Source: an uncultured candidate division Zixibacteria bacterium
Lineage (GTDB): Bacteria > Zixibacteria > MSB-5A5 > RBG-16-43-9
Assembly: GCA_963713865.1 (NCBI GenBank)
Contig: OY970208.1
Span: 2,496,001 to 2,560,000 of the forward strand
Direction: 5' to 3'
DNA: 64,000 nucleotides
The position numbers were made by a program, and so were the translations under genes. Below the pieces are notes generated by a model, which was not told where the DNA came from, did no database searches, and was given only the letters and a program-made list of their open reading frames with translations. Below are positions 10,076 to 20,275 of the stretch, one piece after another. The first letter of the stretch is position 1. The number at the start of each line of letters is the position of its first letter.

Positions 10076-10525
10076 CTACGCCAGAAGGATCACAATGATT
10101 ATGATCAAGAGTAGCGCGACCAGGCTGATGGTTACCGTCTGGGCGGCCTGCTCCATATCCTGCACGACATAATCAGAGAAAGCATCCAGTTGCTCATCGG
10201 ACACACGCTCGTAACCATTAAGGCCCGTGAGCTCATCTTGTTTCTCTTGAAGGGTAGATTTTAAGAGAGCAATGCCGGCTTGATCGTGTTTCGAAATCAG
10301 CGGTGAGCTTTGAACTTTGTCCAGCGCTTTAGACATTTTTTCAAATGATTTGTTGAGGATTTCACGTTTCTGCAATGGATCGGTCGTCGCTTTCACTTTG
10401 AGTGAGGCGTTGTTAAAGTACTTTTGAAGACCGTCTTGTCCAAACGCAATCCCCGCATAAGCCATGACAAGCATCATCATGACAAACATCATGACGATCG
10501 ATCGGAAAGCTTTTCGTCCTGTCAT
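10076..10525 (-). CDS. Hypothetical secreted protein with C-terminal membrane anchor
   Basis: Signal peptide, hydrophobic C-terminus, AGGAGG RBS. Confidence 0.75.
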   Translation of the reverse strand: MTGRKAFRSIVMMFVMMMLVMAYAGIAFGQDGLQKYFNNASLKVKATTDPLQKREILNKSFEKMSKALDKVQSSPLISKHDQAGIALLKSTLQEKQDELTGLNGYERVSDEQLDAFSDYVVQDMEQAAQTVTISLVALLLIIIIVILLA

Positions 10526-10648
10526 AACTCCTCCTTTCGTGGAATTGAAAAAAGTTAATTGGTTACCCGCGACGAAATGATTCCCATCTGATTTACCAGA
10601 TTATGCTCACACGCACTTTCTGATCAAAAATATAACTCCCCCTAAATC

Positions 10649-11236
10649 TTGTCAAGAAAAAAATAAAAAACGTGATAAATCTATCATTGCGGGGAATCCC
10701 GCAGTATGCGGGACGACGAAGCAATCCGACTCTGAAAATTTAAAATGTAGCGGAGGTCTTCAGACCTCCATCTCTTGGAAGACTAAAGTCTTCCGCTACC
10801 AAGGGCTCGCAAAGACACTTTCTGTGTAGTAGCTTGAGTTAGCGGTGGGTTAGGCTTCCTACCTCACCATAGGGAACAGGCAGTCCTGGCAACGGATCCT
10901 TAGGAGATGCCTGTTCTACCAACTTTAAAACAAAAAACCCAAGCTAAGAGCAACCTGGGTCTACCAGTTGATTAACTATTTACACTCAAATTTATCTCAC
11001 TCTAATATTAATTTGAATGTGTCCGTCGGGTCCCCCGACCCGACGGAAGAATAGCGATCCTAAAAGTGTCACCCTACAAAAATCTTTACGGTCACGAATC
11101 ACGGACAACAGTCATCCTCTTTTCACTCCATTATCAATTTCTCAAACTGATCCACTAAGCTGTTGAAAAGCTCAATCGTTTTATTAATCGGTTCCGGGGA
11201 AGTCATATCCACACCTGCTTTTTTCAGGATATTGAT
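10649..11236. repeat. Diverged direct repeat copy 2 (includes the functional pepF 3' end)
   Basis: Colinear with 6006-6450. Confidence 0.9.
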
Positions 11237-13009
11237 CGGATAATCAGATGAGCCAGTCTTAAGAAAACTCTGATACTGGGCTAAGGCTTCCTTATTACCC
11301 TTATGAATCTCCGTGGAAAGATAGGTGGAAGCCGCATAAGAGGTGGCATATTGATAGACGTAGAAGTTCCGGTAGAAATGGTAGATTCGAAGTGCACCTA
11401 AATCGCTTATCGAATCCCGGTAAAGCTCCGGACCCCAATACTTCTGTAAAATCTCTCTATATACTTTTCTGGTCACACTGGCTGACAGAGCTTCTCCTTT
11501 TTCCATCTTCTCATGAGCTGTTTTATCAAAATCCGCTAAAAGAGTCTGCAAATAGAAAGTCCCGATGATCTGCTGAATATAATATTCCAATAGATAGAGC
11601 TTCTGGTTTTTGTCTTTAGCGTGATCGATCATATATTGTATAAGAAGCGCCTCATTGGTAGTAGAGGCAACTTCTGCGGTGAAAATAGAGTGCCCTCCAT
11701 AAACATAAGGTTCGTTCTTACTAGTATAGTAACGATTTAAACAATGACCCATCTCATGGGCAACGGTAAACATATTTTCCAGAGTATTATTATAGTTTAG
11801 TAACATATAAGGATGTGTGGCATAAGATCCCCAGGAATAGGCACCGCTATTCTTACCTTCTGTTTCAAATACATCCACCCAACCTGAATTGAATCCCATC
11901 TTTAAATCTTTTAAATAATCTTTTCCCATGGGAGCTAACGCCGTTTGAATAATCTTCAAAGCAGAATCATAAGGTATCTCCATCTTCGCTTCCGGGACTA
12001 AGGGAACGTAAAGGTCGTAAGTGTAGAGTGTATCTACTTTGAGAACCTTTTTTCTCAGGGATATATATCTGTGCAGAGGTTCTAAATTATTGCTTACCGC
12101 TTGAATTAAATTCTCATAAACCGAGACCGGAATGTTGCTATTATCCAGGGAGGCTTCTAAGCAGGAATTATATTTACGTGCCCGGGAAAAGAAAATATCT
12201 CTATTAAGCTGAGTAGTTAAAGTTGCTCCTAAAGTATTCAGATATTTCAGATAGGTCGAATTATAAGCATAACTTGCATCCCGCCTGACACGTCGGTCAG
12301 TCGATTCTAAAAACTTAGAGTATCTTTCTTTGGTGAGCTGAACCTCCTCCCCATTCTCATCTTTAATCGAGGGGTATTTTATATCCGCATCATCTATCAT
12401 CGTGAAGATCTTCAAGGGACCCTGGGCCAAATCTCCGGACAAGGCTAAAATCCTCTCCTCTTCAGGAGACAGGATATGAGCTTTGGTGCGCAATAGATTA
12501 TCAAAATAGAACTGATATAAACCCAACCCTTTTTCCGATTGAATGAAGCTTTTGATCTCTTCATCCGGAATGGTCAGTATCTCCGGCTGGATAAAAGAAG
12601 TGGCTTCATCTAACTGGGTATTCAGACCTGTTATGCGATCGGACAATTGCTGGAAATTGGAATTCCTGGTATCCTCATCTAATTTCATATTGGCATAAAC
12701 GTACAGTTTTCCCATAACGATTGAAACGCTGTCATTCAAAGCCAAACAGTCATAAAGCTTTTTACCAGATTCAGCTAAATGTCCCTTAAAAGCGGAGACC
12801 TGAGGGATAAGCTCTTTTATCTTAATGAAATCTTTTTCCCAGGCTTCAGTCGTGGGGTAGATATCTTCCAGTTTCCATTTGTATTTGTCCGCTATATCTG
12901 AACGCTGGGGAATCGCTTTGGTTTTGGACTGGGCAAAAACGTTAGCCACGCAAAGCAACAGAAAAAGTATAACCACCCCTGAGACGAAAAATCTCTCAAC
13001 CTTTTTCAT
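11123..13009 (-). CDS. pepF: Oligoendopeptidase F (M3B) with signal peptide
   Basis: KWKLEDIY, SGAYSWG, HEMGH, AEVASTTNE, FYVYQYA. Confidence 0.95.
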   Translation of the reverse strand: MKKVERFFVSGVVILFLLLCVANVFAQSKTKAIPQRSDIADKYKWKLEDIYPTTEAWEKDFIKIKELIPQVSAFKGHLAESGKKLYDCLALNDSVSIVMGKLYVYANMKLDEDTRNSNFQQLSDRITGLNTQLDEATSFIQPEILTIPDEEIKSFIQSEKGLGLYQFYFDNLLRTKAHILSPEEERILALSGDLAQGPLKIFTMIDDADIKYPSIKDENGEEVQLTKERYSKFLESTDRRVRRDASYAYNSTYLKYLNTLGATLTTQLNRDIFFSRARKYNSCLEASLDNSNIPVSVYENLIQAVSNNLEPLHRYISLRKKVLKVDTLYTYDLYVPLVPEAKMEIPYDSALKIIQTALAPMGKDYLKDLKMGFNSGWVDVFETEGKNSGAYSWGSYATHPYMLLNYNNTLENMFTVAHEMGHCLNRYYTSKNEPYVYGGHSIFTAEVASTTNEALLIQYMIDHAKDKNQKLYLLEYYIQQIIGTFYLQTLLADFDKTAHEKMEKGEALSASVTRKVYREILQKYWGPELYRDSISDLGALRIYHFYRNFYVYQYATSYAASTYLSTEIHKGNKEALAQYQSFLKTGSSDYPINILKKAGVDMTSPEPINKTIELFNSLVDQFEKLIME

Positions 13010-13335
13010 GGCACCTCCTCAATTTTTAATGGTTTATCTTTTCTTTTAATTACTCACCGTTAACTACCCACTAAATACGGTCTTTCTTCGAAAAGTTGCA
13101 AAAAATGACTGCTGAATAAGGAGATATCAAAAAGTGATTTTTCTCATTTAAAATCTACAGAAGTTTGATATTTTTTTAAGTGCATTCTAATAGCTATAAT
13201 AATGTAATTTTCTATATAGTTAGTAATGCCTTTTTTTTTAAGGAATGCAAGATATGAACAACAACATGGCTTTGAATCACAAACATGCAACTTAAACACG
13301 AAAGAATCCTAAATACCAATAACTATCATTTCCAA

Positions 13336-13418
13336 TGCCGAAGGGGGGATTTGAACCCCCACGTCTTGTGGACACTGCGCCCTGAACACAGCGTGTCTGC
13401 CAATTCCACCACTTCGGC
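13336..13418 (-). tRNA. tRNA-Leu(CAG), CCA not encoded
   Basis: GCCGAAG acceptor stem, GGAATTGGCAGAC D-arm, CTGTG-TTCAGGG-CGCAG anticodon arm, long variable arm, GTTCAAATC T-loop. Confidence 0.95.
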
Positions 13419-13670
13419 TCTGGGCTAATATAATTTTTCAGCAAGTCTTGAGCAAGAGAAATTTAAAAGATTTGTAGTATAATCTGTCATTCTGAGGAAG
13501 TTCGTCTTTGGCGAGACGACCGAAGAATCTGCTTAATTTCAGTGTGCCCGCAGAATGAACCCACTCAAAAATTGTAGGGATGGGGTAACCCCACCCCTAC
13601 AAAAAATCGCTTTTATGTCCGTCGCCCTCCTTAGGCGGACTGACCCGTTGGAATAAACAAATTTGAATTC

Positions 13671-15212
13671 TTACGCTTTAAACCTATCGGTAATCTCTTC
13701 TTCCTCATCTACAGAGAAGACCTTAAACTCATCTGCAGATAAATTCTCATCCTTTTCTGGCAGGATTTCTATTCTCAACATCCGGCACAGCTTTTTTATC
13801 CTGCTCTCTTTCCCTTCAGATAAGATCCGATAAACTTCTGGATGAATACAAAGCTTGAATTTTTTATCCACGGAGCGAACTTTTGCTCTTTTGAACCATC
13901 TTTCAATTTTGGCTGCCAAGGTTTCCTTGGATAAAACCCTGCCAATTCCGTTACAGGTGGGACAGGGCTGGCTGAAAGTATAAAGCAGGCTGGGTCTTAT
14001 CCTCTCCCTTGTCATCTCGACCAGTCCAAAATCTGATATGGGAAGGATGCTATGTTTTGAGCGGTCATTTTTAAATGAGGCTTTGAATTCCTCAAAAACT
14101 TTCTTCCGATTTTCAAAAGATTCCATATCGATAAAATCGACAATTATCAGTCCCCCTATATCTCTGAGTCTTATCTGACGGGCTATCTCCCGGGAAGCTT
14201 CTAAATTAGTCTTCAAGATAGTGGTCTGCTGGTCTGACTTTCCTACAAATCTGCCGGTATTAACGTCGATAGTAACCATAGCTTCAGTCTGATCGATGAC
14301 TATATACGCACCCTTTCTTAACCAGACCCTTCGATCTAACATTTTTTCAATCTGGCTTTCAATATTGTAGAAATCGAATATCGGTATATCCTTATCATAA
14401 AGGATTACCTTCTGTCTGAGACCAGGTGCTATCACCTGTAGATATGAGCGTATTTTTTTGTACTCCCACTTAGAATCGATCATCACCTGATTAACCTCAG
14501 ATGATAGCTGATCCCGGATCACTCTGGCAACCAGCCCCATATCCTTATGCACCAGTGCCGGAGCCTTTTTTTTCTCCGCCTCCCTTCTTATCTTTTTCCA
14601 TAAATTCAAAAGAAGCCGGATATCATTTTTAAATTCTTTCTGATTTTTCCCTTCAGCCACAGTGCGTATAATCGCACCAAACCCCTCTGGTTTTAGCTCT
14701 GAGACTACTCTTTTCAGCCTTTTTTTCTCTTCACGCTCAATTATCTTTCTGGATACCCCTATATGCTCTTCCCCGGGAACTAATACCAGATATCTTCCAG
14801 CTAAAGAAAGTTGTGAGGTAACCTTAGGTCCTTTAGTACCCATCTGCTCTTTCATTATCTGAACCAGAATTTCCTGCCCTTTTTTCAAAAGCTCCTCAAT
14901 CTTTTGTGGGGCTTTCTTTTTCTTTCTCTGGGCTAACTCCTCCTCTTCCAGGAAATCTGCTTCATACAACTCGGTGATGTCCGAGATATGTAAAAAAGCA
15001 CTCCTTTCCAGACCAAGATCTAAAAATGCTGCTTGCATCCCTGGAAGTACTGCCTTAACTATCCCCTTGTAAATATCCCCCACTATCCTTTCACTTTCAG
15101 GCCTTTCAACCCAGAGCTCCATCAATTTAGAATTTTCTAAAACCGCAATCCGGGTTTCAAATTCCGATGAGTTAATTATAATATCTTTCTGCAACTTAAT
15201 CTCTCCTGTCAT
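13671..15212 (-). CDS. rng: Ribonuclease E/G family
   Basis: GDIYKGIV..VLPGMQAAF, TIDVNTG, RLRDIGGLIIVDFIDM, CPTC. Confidence 0.93.
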   Translation of the reverse strand: MTGEIKLQKDIIINSSEFETRIAVLENSKLMELWVERPESERIVGDIYKGIVKAVLPGMQAAFLDLGLERSAFLHISDITELYEADFLEEEELAQRKKKKAPQKIEELLKKGQEILVQIMKEQMGTKGPKVTSQLSLAGRYLVLVPGEEHIGVSRKIIEREEKKRLKRVVSELKPEGFGAIIRTVAEGKNQKEFKNDIRLLLNLWKKIRREAEKKKAPALVHKDMGLVARVIRDQLSSEVNQVMIDSKWEYKKIRSYLQVIAPGLRQKVILYDKDIPIFDFYNIESQIEKMLDRRVWLRKGAYIVIDQTEAMVTIDVNTGRFVGKSDQQTTILKTNLEASREIARQIRLRDIGGLIIVDFIDMESFENRKKVFEEFKASFKNDRSKHSILPISDFGLVEMTRERIRPSLLYTFSQPCPTCNGIGRVLSKETLAAKIERWFKRAKVRSVDKKFKLCIHPEVYRILSEGKESRIKKLCRMLRIEILPEKDENLSADEFKVFSVDEEEEITDRFKA

Positions 15213-15276
15213 ATCTACCTGACTTTAGTCAGGTAGGTTTTATGCCCCGCCACAGCGGGATTGTTAATTGTGCCAT

Positions 15277-16065
15277 TCAAACTCTTCCATTCCGGATGAT
15301 ATGTAAGGCTTTTTCTATTTTTTCTAAATCCACCCTGGTATTCATACAGGGTCCAAAGGGACGTTTATTTAAAATTCCATAAACTGGAATAGGATAAACA
15401 TCCTGAATCCCGCTGGTCAAATCTCTTTCACAGGCAACCGCCACAATCACCGTCGGTCTTTTCTCCACTATCACCTTACGAGCCAGGGTTCCGCCGGTTG
15501 CAATCGAAAGAGGAGTATAGTATTTATCTCCCAATTCGATTATCTGACTGATCTGGCATTTGCCGCACATTCGGCAGTTGCGGTAATCCGTGGTAACTTT
15601 TTGCGGACAATCGTAATTCTGCAGACAGTGAGAAAGAAGAATCAAAATTCGCTCCGGGTTAATCCTCTTCCTGGTGGCATTGAACAGGGAATTATTAACC
15701 GCCACAAATGATTGTCTGATCTGGTCCTTTGACCATCCGAAAAGTCTGCTTAAAATTAGATTAATCGGGAAAAGAATTTTCAAGGTAATCTGTTTTTCAC
15801 CATGCGGGAAAAGAAAATCTTTTTCAGTTAAGGCCGATAAAATTATCAGGAAAAGACCACCGCTTATTATTGCCAGACCTATCCCCAGGAAGAGCTTCAC
15901 TCCTAAAGACAGGTATGGATTCAGACTACCCAGGCGGGGAGAAACTAAATACCAGAATCCGATTACCATAAGGACTAACACCAGAAGACTTAAAATCGAG
16001 AGAAATAAAAAAATACCTTTACCCTTGTTTTCATTGCTGGCTATTCGATATTCGCTGTTCGACAT
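15277..16065 (-). CDS. DUF116 family protein
   Basis: LLSHCLQ, CRMCGKC, TGGTLA, AVACERDLTSG. Confidence 0.85.
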   Translation of the reverse strand: MSNSEYRIASNENKGKGIFLFLSILSLLVLVLMVIGFWYLVSPRLGSLNPYLSLGVKLFLGIGLAIISGGLFLIILSALTEKDFLFPHGEKQITLKILFPINLILSRLFGWSKDQIRQSFVAVNNSLFNATRKRINPERILILLSHCLQNYDCPQKVTTDYRNCRMCGKCQISQIIELGDKYYTPLSIATGGTLARKVIVEKRPTVIVAVACERDLTSGIQDVYPIPVYGILNKRPFGPCMNTRVDLEKIEKALHIIRNGRV

Positions 16066-16142
16066 TTGATATTCGCTTTTAGCTTTTTGAACTTTTTTTC
16101 AGCTACTTGCTACCAGCTACTTGCTTTTTTGACTTTTGCCTT

Positions 16143-17117
16143 TTAACCCAGCTTCTCCCCAATTTCTATCCTGTATCCTCTCAAAAACTCTTCAGCTTCA
16201 AGTTTTTTCTTACCTTCCAATTGAAGCTCCTTTAATCTTAAAATACCTTTCTGAGTTTGAACTAATAACCCGCTTTTCTGGTCTGCTTTAATTATTTTCC
16301 CAAACTCTGTTGAAGAGTTCTCATCTATCTCTACTTTAGTTTTATAGACCTTCAATAGTTTACCTCTCAAAAAAGTAAATGCTCCCGGTTGAGGAGAAAG
16401 ACCTCTTATCAGGTTATTTATTTCCTGAGCTGATTTCGACCAGTTGATTCTGCACAACTCTTCAGTTATCTTAGGAGCTAAGCTTACTTCTAAATCATTC
16501 TGAGCATAGGTTCTCACTTCTCTTTTTTCGATCAAGTCTATGGTCTCCAATAAAACTTCTGCTCCAATTATGGAAAGTCTTAAAGAAAGCTCTCCAAAAG
16601 TTTCCTCCGGATATATCTCAACCTCTTTTTGCAAGATAATCCCTCCAGTATCCACTTTCTTCTGGATAAAAAATGTTGTCAGACCGGTAATCTTTTCACC
16701 CTTAATGAGTGCCCAGTTTATCGGGGCAGCCCCTCTGTATTTCGGCAGAAGAGAGGCATGCAGATTGATTGTGCCCGAAGGAGGTAAACTGAAGATTCTC
16801 TCCGGAAGAATCCGGAAAGCTACAACCGTAATCAAATCCGGCTTTAATTCATTAAGAGCTCGATAGAATTCCTCAGATTTCAAATCCTCAGGAGTTAAAA
16901 CTTTTCTTGTGGATCTCCCACTGGATCCATTCTGGACAATTTCGGACAGGTTATGCTTCTCTGCAAATTCTTTCACTGGCGAAGGTAAAAGCTTCAAACC
17001 TCTCCCTCTGGGTTTATCCGGCTGAGTTACTATCCCTGCGATCTGATGCTTACTATTCAAAAGCAGTTCCAGACTGGGCAGGGCAAACTCAGGAGTTCCC
17101 ATAAAAACAATCCGCAT
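16143..17117 (-). CDS. fmt: Methionyl-tRNA formyltransferase
   Basis: MGTPEFA, TQPDKPRGRG, NLHASLLPKYRGAAPI. Confidence 0.97.
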   Translation of the reverse strand: MRIVFMGTPEFALPSLELLLNSKHQIAGIVTQPDKPRGRGLKLLPSPVKEFAEKHNLSEIVQNGSSGRSTRKVLTPEDLKSEEFYRALNELKPDLITVVAFRILPERIFSLPPSGTINLHASLLPKYRGAAPINWALIKGEKITGLTTFFIQKKVDTGGIILQKEVEIYPEETFGELSLRLSIIGAEVLLETIDLIEKREVRTYAQNDLEVSLAPKITEELCRINWSKSAQEINNLIRGLSPQPGAFTFLRGKLLKVYKTKVEIDENSSTEFGKIIKADQKSGLLVQTQKGILRLKELQLEGKKKLEAEEFLRGYRIEIGEKLG

Positions 17118-17264
17118 ATTTTTCGTTATTCGCTTTTCGCTATTGGCTTTTCGCTGTTTGTTTTTTAATATTCTTTTTAAGTTACTTGCTATTCCACCTT
17201 TGAACTATTGAACTTTTGAACCCTTGAACTTTTTAGCATTCAGCCTTTAGACTATAGACTATTT

Positions 17265-17771
17265 TTATCTTTCTTCTGAGATTTTTCTCAATTTTTTTCC
17301 TAAGAGTGTCCTTTTAATAGTGCTGAGATGGTCAATGAACAAAACGCCGTTCAGATGATCAATCTCGTGTAATAAAGCCCTACTCAAAAGCCCTTCTCCT
17401 TCAATCTCGACTTTATTCCCGGATAAATTCAAACCTCTTACTTTAACTTTACGTGCCCTGGTCACATTCTCATAGATCCCAGGAGCTGAAAGACATCCTT
17501 CCTCAATTACCTGCTCCTCTGAAGACTCAATTAATTCCGGATTGAGCATAATTACCGGTTCTTCTTCTCCGTCTATATGAATCCGGTCTATCACGAAAAT
17601 CCTTTTGGCAACTCCAACCTGATTAGCCGCCAGCCCGATCCCTTTAATAGACTTCAAAGTCTCCACCATATCCGCGGCTAACTTCTTGATTTCATCATCG
17701 ATAACTGAAATCTCCTCAGCCCTTCTTCTCAATACCGGATTCCCGTATTTTCTCAGCTTTAAAATAGCCAT
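17265..17771 (-). CDS. def: Peptide deformylase
   Basis: GIGLAANQVG, EGCLS, HEIDHLNG. Confidence 0.97.
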   Translation of the reverse strand: MAILKLRKYGNPVLRRRAEEISVIDDEIKKLAADMVETLKSIKGIGLAANQVGVAKRIFVIDRIHIDGEEEPVIMLNPELIESSEEQVIEEGCLSAPGIYENVTRARKVKVRGLNLSGNKVEIEGEGLLSRALLHEIDHLNGVLFIDHLSTIKRTLLGKKLRKISEER

Positions 17772-18001
17772 ACTATCTCGCTTATCGCTTTTAGCCTTTC
17801 GCTATTTGTTTTCTAACCCTGAACTGTTCGTGTTTACCAGGTCTCCTGAGCTGGTAAGTTCAAATCCCCTCTCCTTTTTAAGGAGAGGGTCAGGGTGATG
17901 TTTCCATTTTCGCTATTCGCTGTTCGTTATTCGCCTTTTGAACTTTTTTTCAGCTACTTGCTACCTGCTACCAGCTACATGCTTTTTTGACTTTAGCCTT
18001 A

Positions 18002-18322
18002 TTACTCTCCTTTCTCCACCCTTCCCGCGATAGAGCTTTTAAGAAACTCTATTTTCACTTCATCCGCCACTTTCAAAACTACGACATTTTCCTTCTCATT
18101 GAACCCTATAATTGTACCGAACATCCCTGAGTTAGTTACAACCTTATCCCCTTTTCTAAGGCTCTCTAACATTAGCCTGTGTTCCTTCTGCCTTTTCTGC
18201 TGAGGTCGGATTAAGAGTAAATAAAATACACCAATAATCAAAATCCAGGGTAGCCAGAGCAATATCCCTCCACTACTCTGTTGTCCGCCTTGTGTCCCCA
18301 TAGCATAAACGGATTCAAACAT
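18002..18322 (-). CDS. yajC: Preprotein translocase subunit YajC
   Basis: FYLLLIRPQQKRQK, LRKGDKVVT; next to tgt. Confidence 0.95.
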   Translation of the reverse strand: MFESVYAMGTQGGQQSSGGILLWLPWILIIGVFYLLLIRPQQKRQKEHRLMLESLRKGDKVVTNSGMFGTIIGFNEKENVVVLKVADEVKIEFLKSSIAGRVEKGE

Positions 18323-18489
18323 TTTTACTCCTTTCGAGTAAGTTTAAATTTTTTACGCATCCAAATCTTCTTTCTTTGTGAATAATTCGGCGGGCAAGGT
18401 TGCCCGCTCTACGAAAGAGTAATTGATTAGACGTCGTAGGCAGGGCTCCCGACCCTGCTAATTTAAGTTTTTTAGAGACCCTGTAAAAT

Positions 18490-19641
18490 CTATTGAGTCT
18501 CTTCTCCTTTTGAATTCGAAGATTTATACTCCTCTAAAAATTGTTTCCTCCATTTTGTGAAAAATCCTTGCATAATCGACTCTCTTATCTCTCTCATCAG
18601 GCTAAGATAAAAATGTAAGGAGTGAATGGTAGCCAATCTCAGCCCGGCTATTTCCCCGCTTTGAAAAAGGTGTCTTAAATAAGCACGGGAATAATTCTTA
18701 CAAGCCAGACAGTCACAATTTTCATCTATGGGAGTGAAATCCTCCGCATACCTGGCAGCTTTGATAATCATCTTCCCCTTGCGAGTAAAGATCGTTCCGT
18801 TACGTGCATTTCTGGTAGGCAGAACGCAATCGAACATATCCACTCCGACAGAAACCCCTTCCACAATATCCTCCGGAGTGCCCACTCCCATTAAATATCT
18901 GGGCTTATCCTCCGGCAAATATTTTAGAGTTTGATCAACGATCTCCAGCCTCATATCTTTAGGTTCTCCCACTGAAAGACCGCCTAAAGCCAGCCCTGAG
19001 AAGTCCAGATCTACCATAAAACTGGCACACAGCTCCCTGAGGTTCGGATAAATCCCGCCTTGAATTATTCCGAAAAGAGTTTGCTTTTCTTTTTTCTCAT
19101 TTTTTTCATGCTCGAATTTAGACCTTTTTGCCCAGTCCATGGTGAATTCAGTTGCTCTTCTGGTAAAAGGATAGGAAGAGGGGTAAGGGACGCATTCATC
19201 TAAAGGCATAATGATATCCGCACCCAACGAATGTTGTATCTCTATAACCTTTTCCGGAGTGAACTGATGAGAAGAACCATCCAAATAAGATTTAAAACTA
19301 ACCCCTTCCTCAGATACTTTAGCTAAGGGATTCAAACTAAAAACCTGATACCCTCCGCTATCCGTTAGCATAGGTTTTTTCCAGCTCATAAAACTATGCA
19401 GCCCCCCAGCTCTCTCAATTAATTTATGTCCGGGTCGGAGATATAGATGATAGGTATTACCCAGGATTAGCTCCGCCCCTAAATCTTCCATCTCTTTTGA
19501 GCACAGGGTCTTGATTGAAGCCTGAGTTCCCACTGGCATAAAAACCGGGGTGTTTATCTCTCCATGCGGGGTATCCAGCCAGCCTGCCCGGGCAGAAGAT
19601 TCTTCATCCTTTTTTACAATCTTAAAATCGAAACTATTCAA
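18490..19641 (-). CDS. tgt: tRNA-guanine transglycosylase
   Basis: TPVFMPVGT, NTYHL, TDSGGYQVFSL, DCVLPTRNARNG. Confidence 0.97.
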   Translation of the reverse strand: MNSFDFKIVKKDEESSARAGWLDTPHGEINTPVFMPVGTQASIKTLCSKEMEDLGAELILGNTYHLYLRPGHKLIERAGGLHSFMSWKKPMLTDSGGYQVFSLNPLAKVSEEGVSFKSYLDGSSHQFTPEKVIEIQHSLGADIIMPLDECVPYPSSYPFTRRATEFTMDWAKRSKFEHEKNEKKEKQTLFGIIQGGIYPNLRELCASFMVDLDFSGLALGGLSVGEPKDMRLEIVDQTLKYLPEDKPRYLMGVGTPEDIVEGVSVGVDMFDCVLPTRNARNGTIFTRKGKMIIKAARYAEDFTPIDENCDCLACKNYSRAYLRHLFQSGEIAGLRLATIHSLHFYLSLMREIRESIMQGFFTKWRKQFLEEYKSSNSKGEETQ

Positions 19642-19643
19642 AT

Positions 19644-20219
19644 CTAATCTTTCTCTTTTTTAATAAACCCGTATCCGCCTAACCTCTTGGAAAGACCCCC
19701 CCAGTACTCCTGAGCTTTTGTGCAGTAAACCAGGGGTTTAAGCTTGTTTATATCCGGCCTGTCCTGTTTATCCAAATATTCCTCATCTGCGTGAGTGGCT
19801 ACTATGTCTGCAACAAAAAGGTCATGCGAGCCTAACTCCAATATATGTCTAACCTGGCATTCCAGGTTAATCGGGCATTCTTTGATTAAAGGAGCTTTAA
19901 CTACAGAACCACCCACCGGGGTGAGATGAGCTTTTTCAAATTTATTCACATCTCTACCCGAATAAGTCCCGCAGAAATCGGTTTGCTTCAAAAGCTCCTC
20001 TGTGGTAAGGTTTACCACAAACTCACCTGATTTCTGGATAATACTATGAGAGAATCTGGATTTGCGAATGCCTAAGGTAAGCATCGGCGGTTCTGAACAG
20101 GCAACTCCTATCCAGGCAGCAGTGATAATATTCGGTTTATTATTCCCCCATTGACAGCTTACCATTACCGCGGGAAGAGGAATAAGCAGAGTTTGGGGTT
20201 TTAATTTCTTTTTAGCCAT
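19644..20219 (-). CDS. Flavin reductase family protein
   Basis: PLPAVMV, GEFVVN, CGTYSGRD, ECPINLEC, GSHDLF. Confidence 0.9.
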   Translation of the reverse strand: MAKKKLKPQTLLIPLPAVMVSCQWGNNKPNIITAAWIGVACSEPPMLTLGIRKSRFSHSIIQKSGEFVVNLTTEELLKQTDFCGTYSGRDVNKFEKAHLTPVGGSVVKAPLIKECPINLECQVRHILELGSHDLFVADIVATHADEEYLDKQDRPDINKLKPLVYCTKAQEYWGGLSKRLGGYGFIKKEKD

Positions 20220-20275
20220 ATTTTACTCCTTCTTATTTAGCTGGTAGCAGGCAGCTATTAGCTTGTAGCTTTTTA

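Noticed and set aside
13010-13335. Integrated element at the tRNA-Leu 3' end
   Set aside because: AT-rich spacer only; no integrase or repeated tRNA end found
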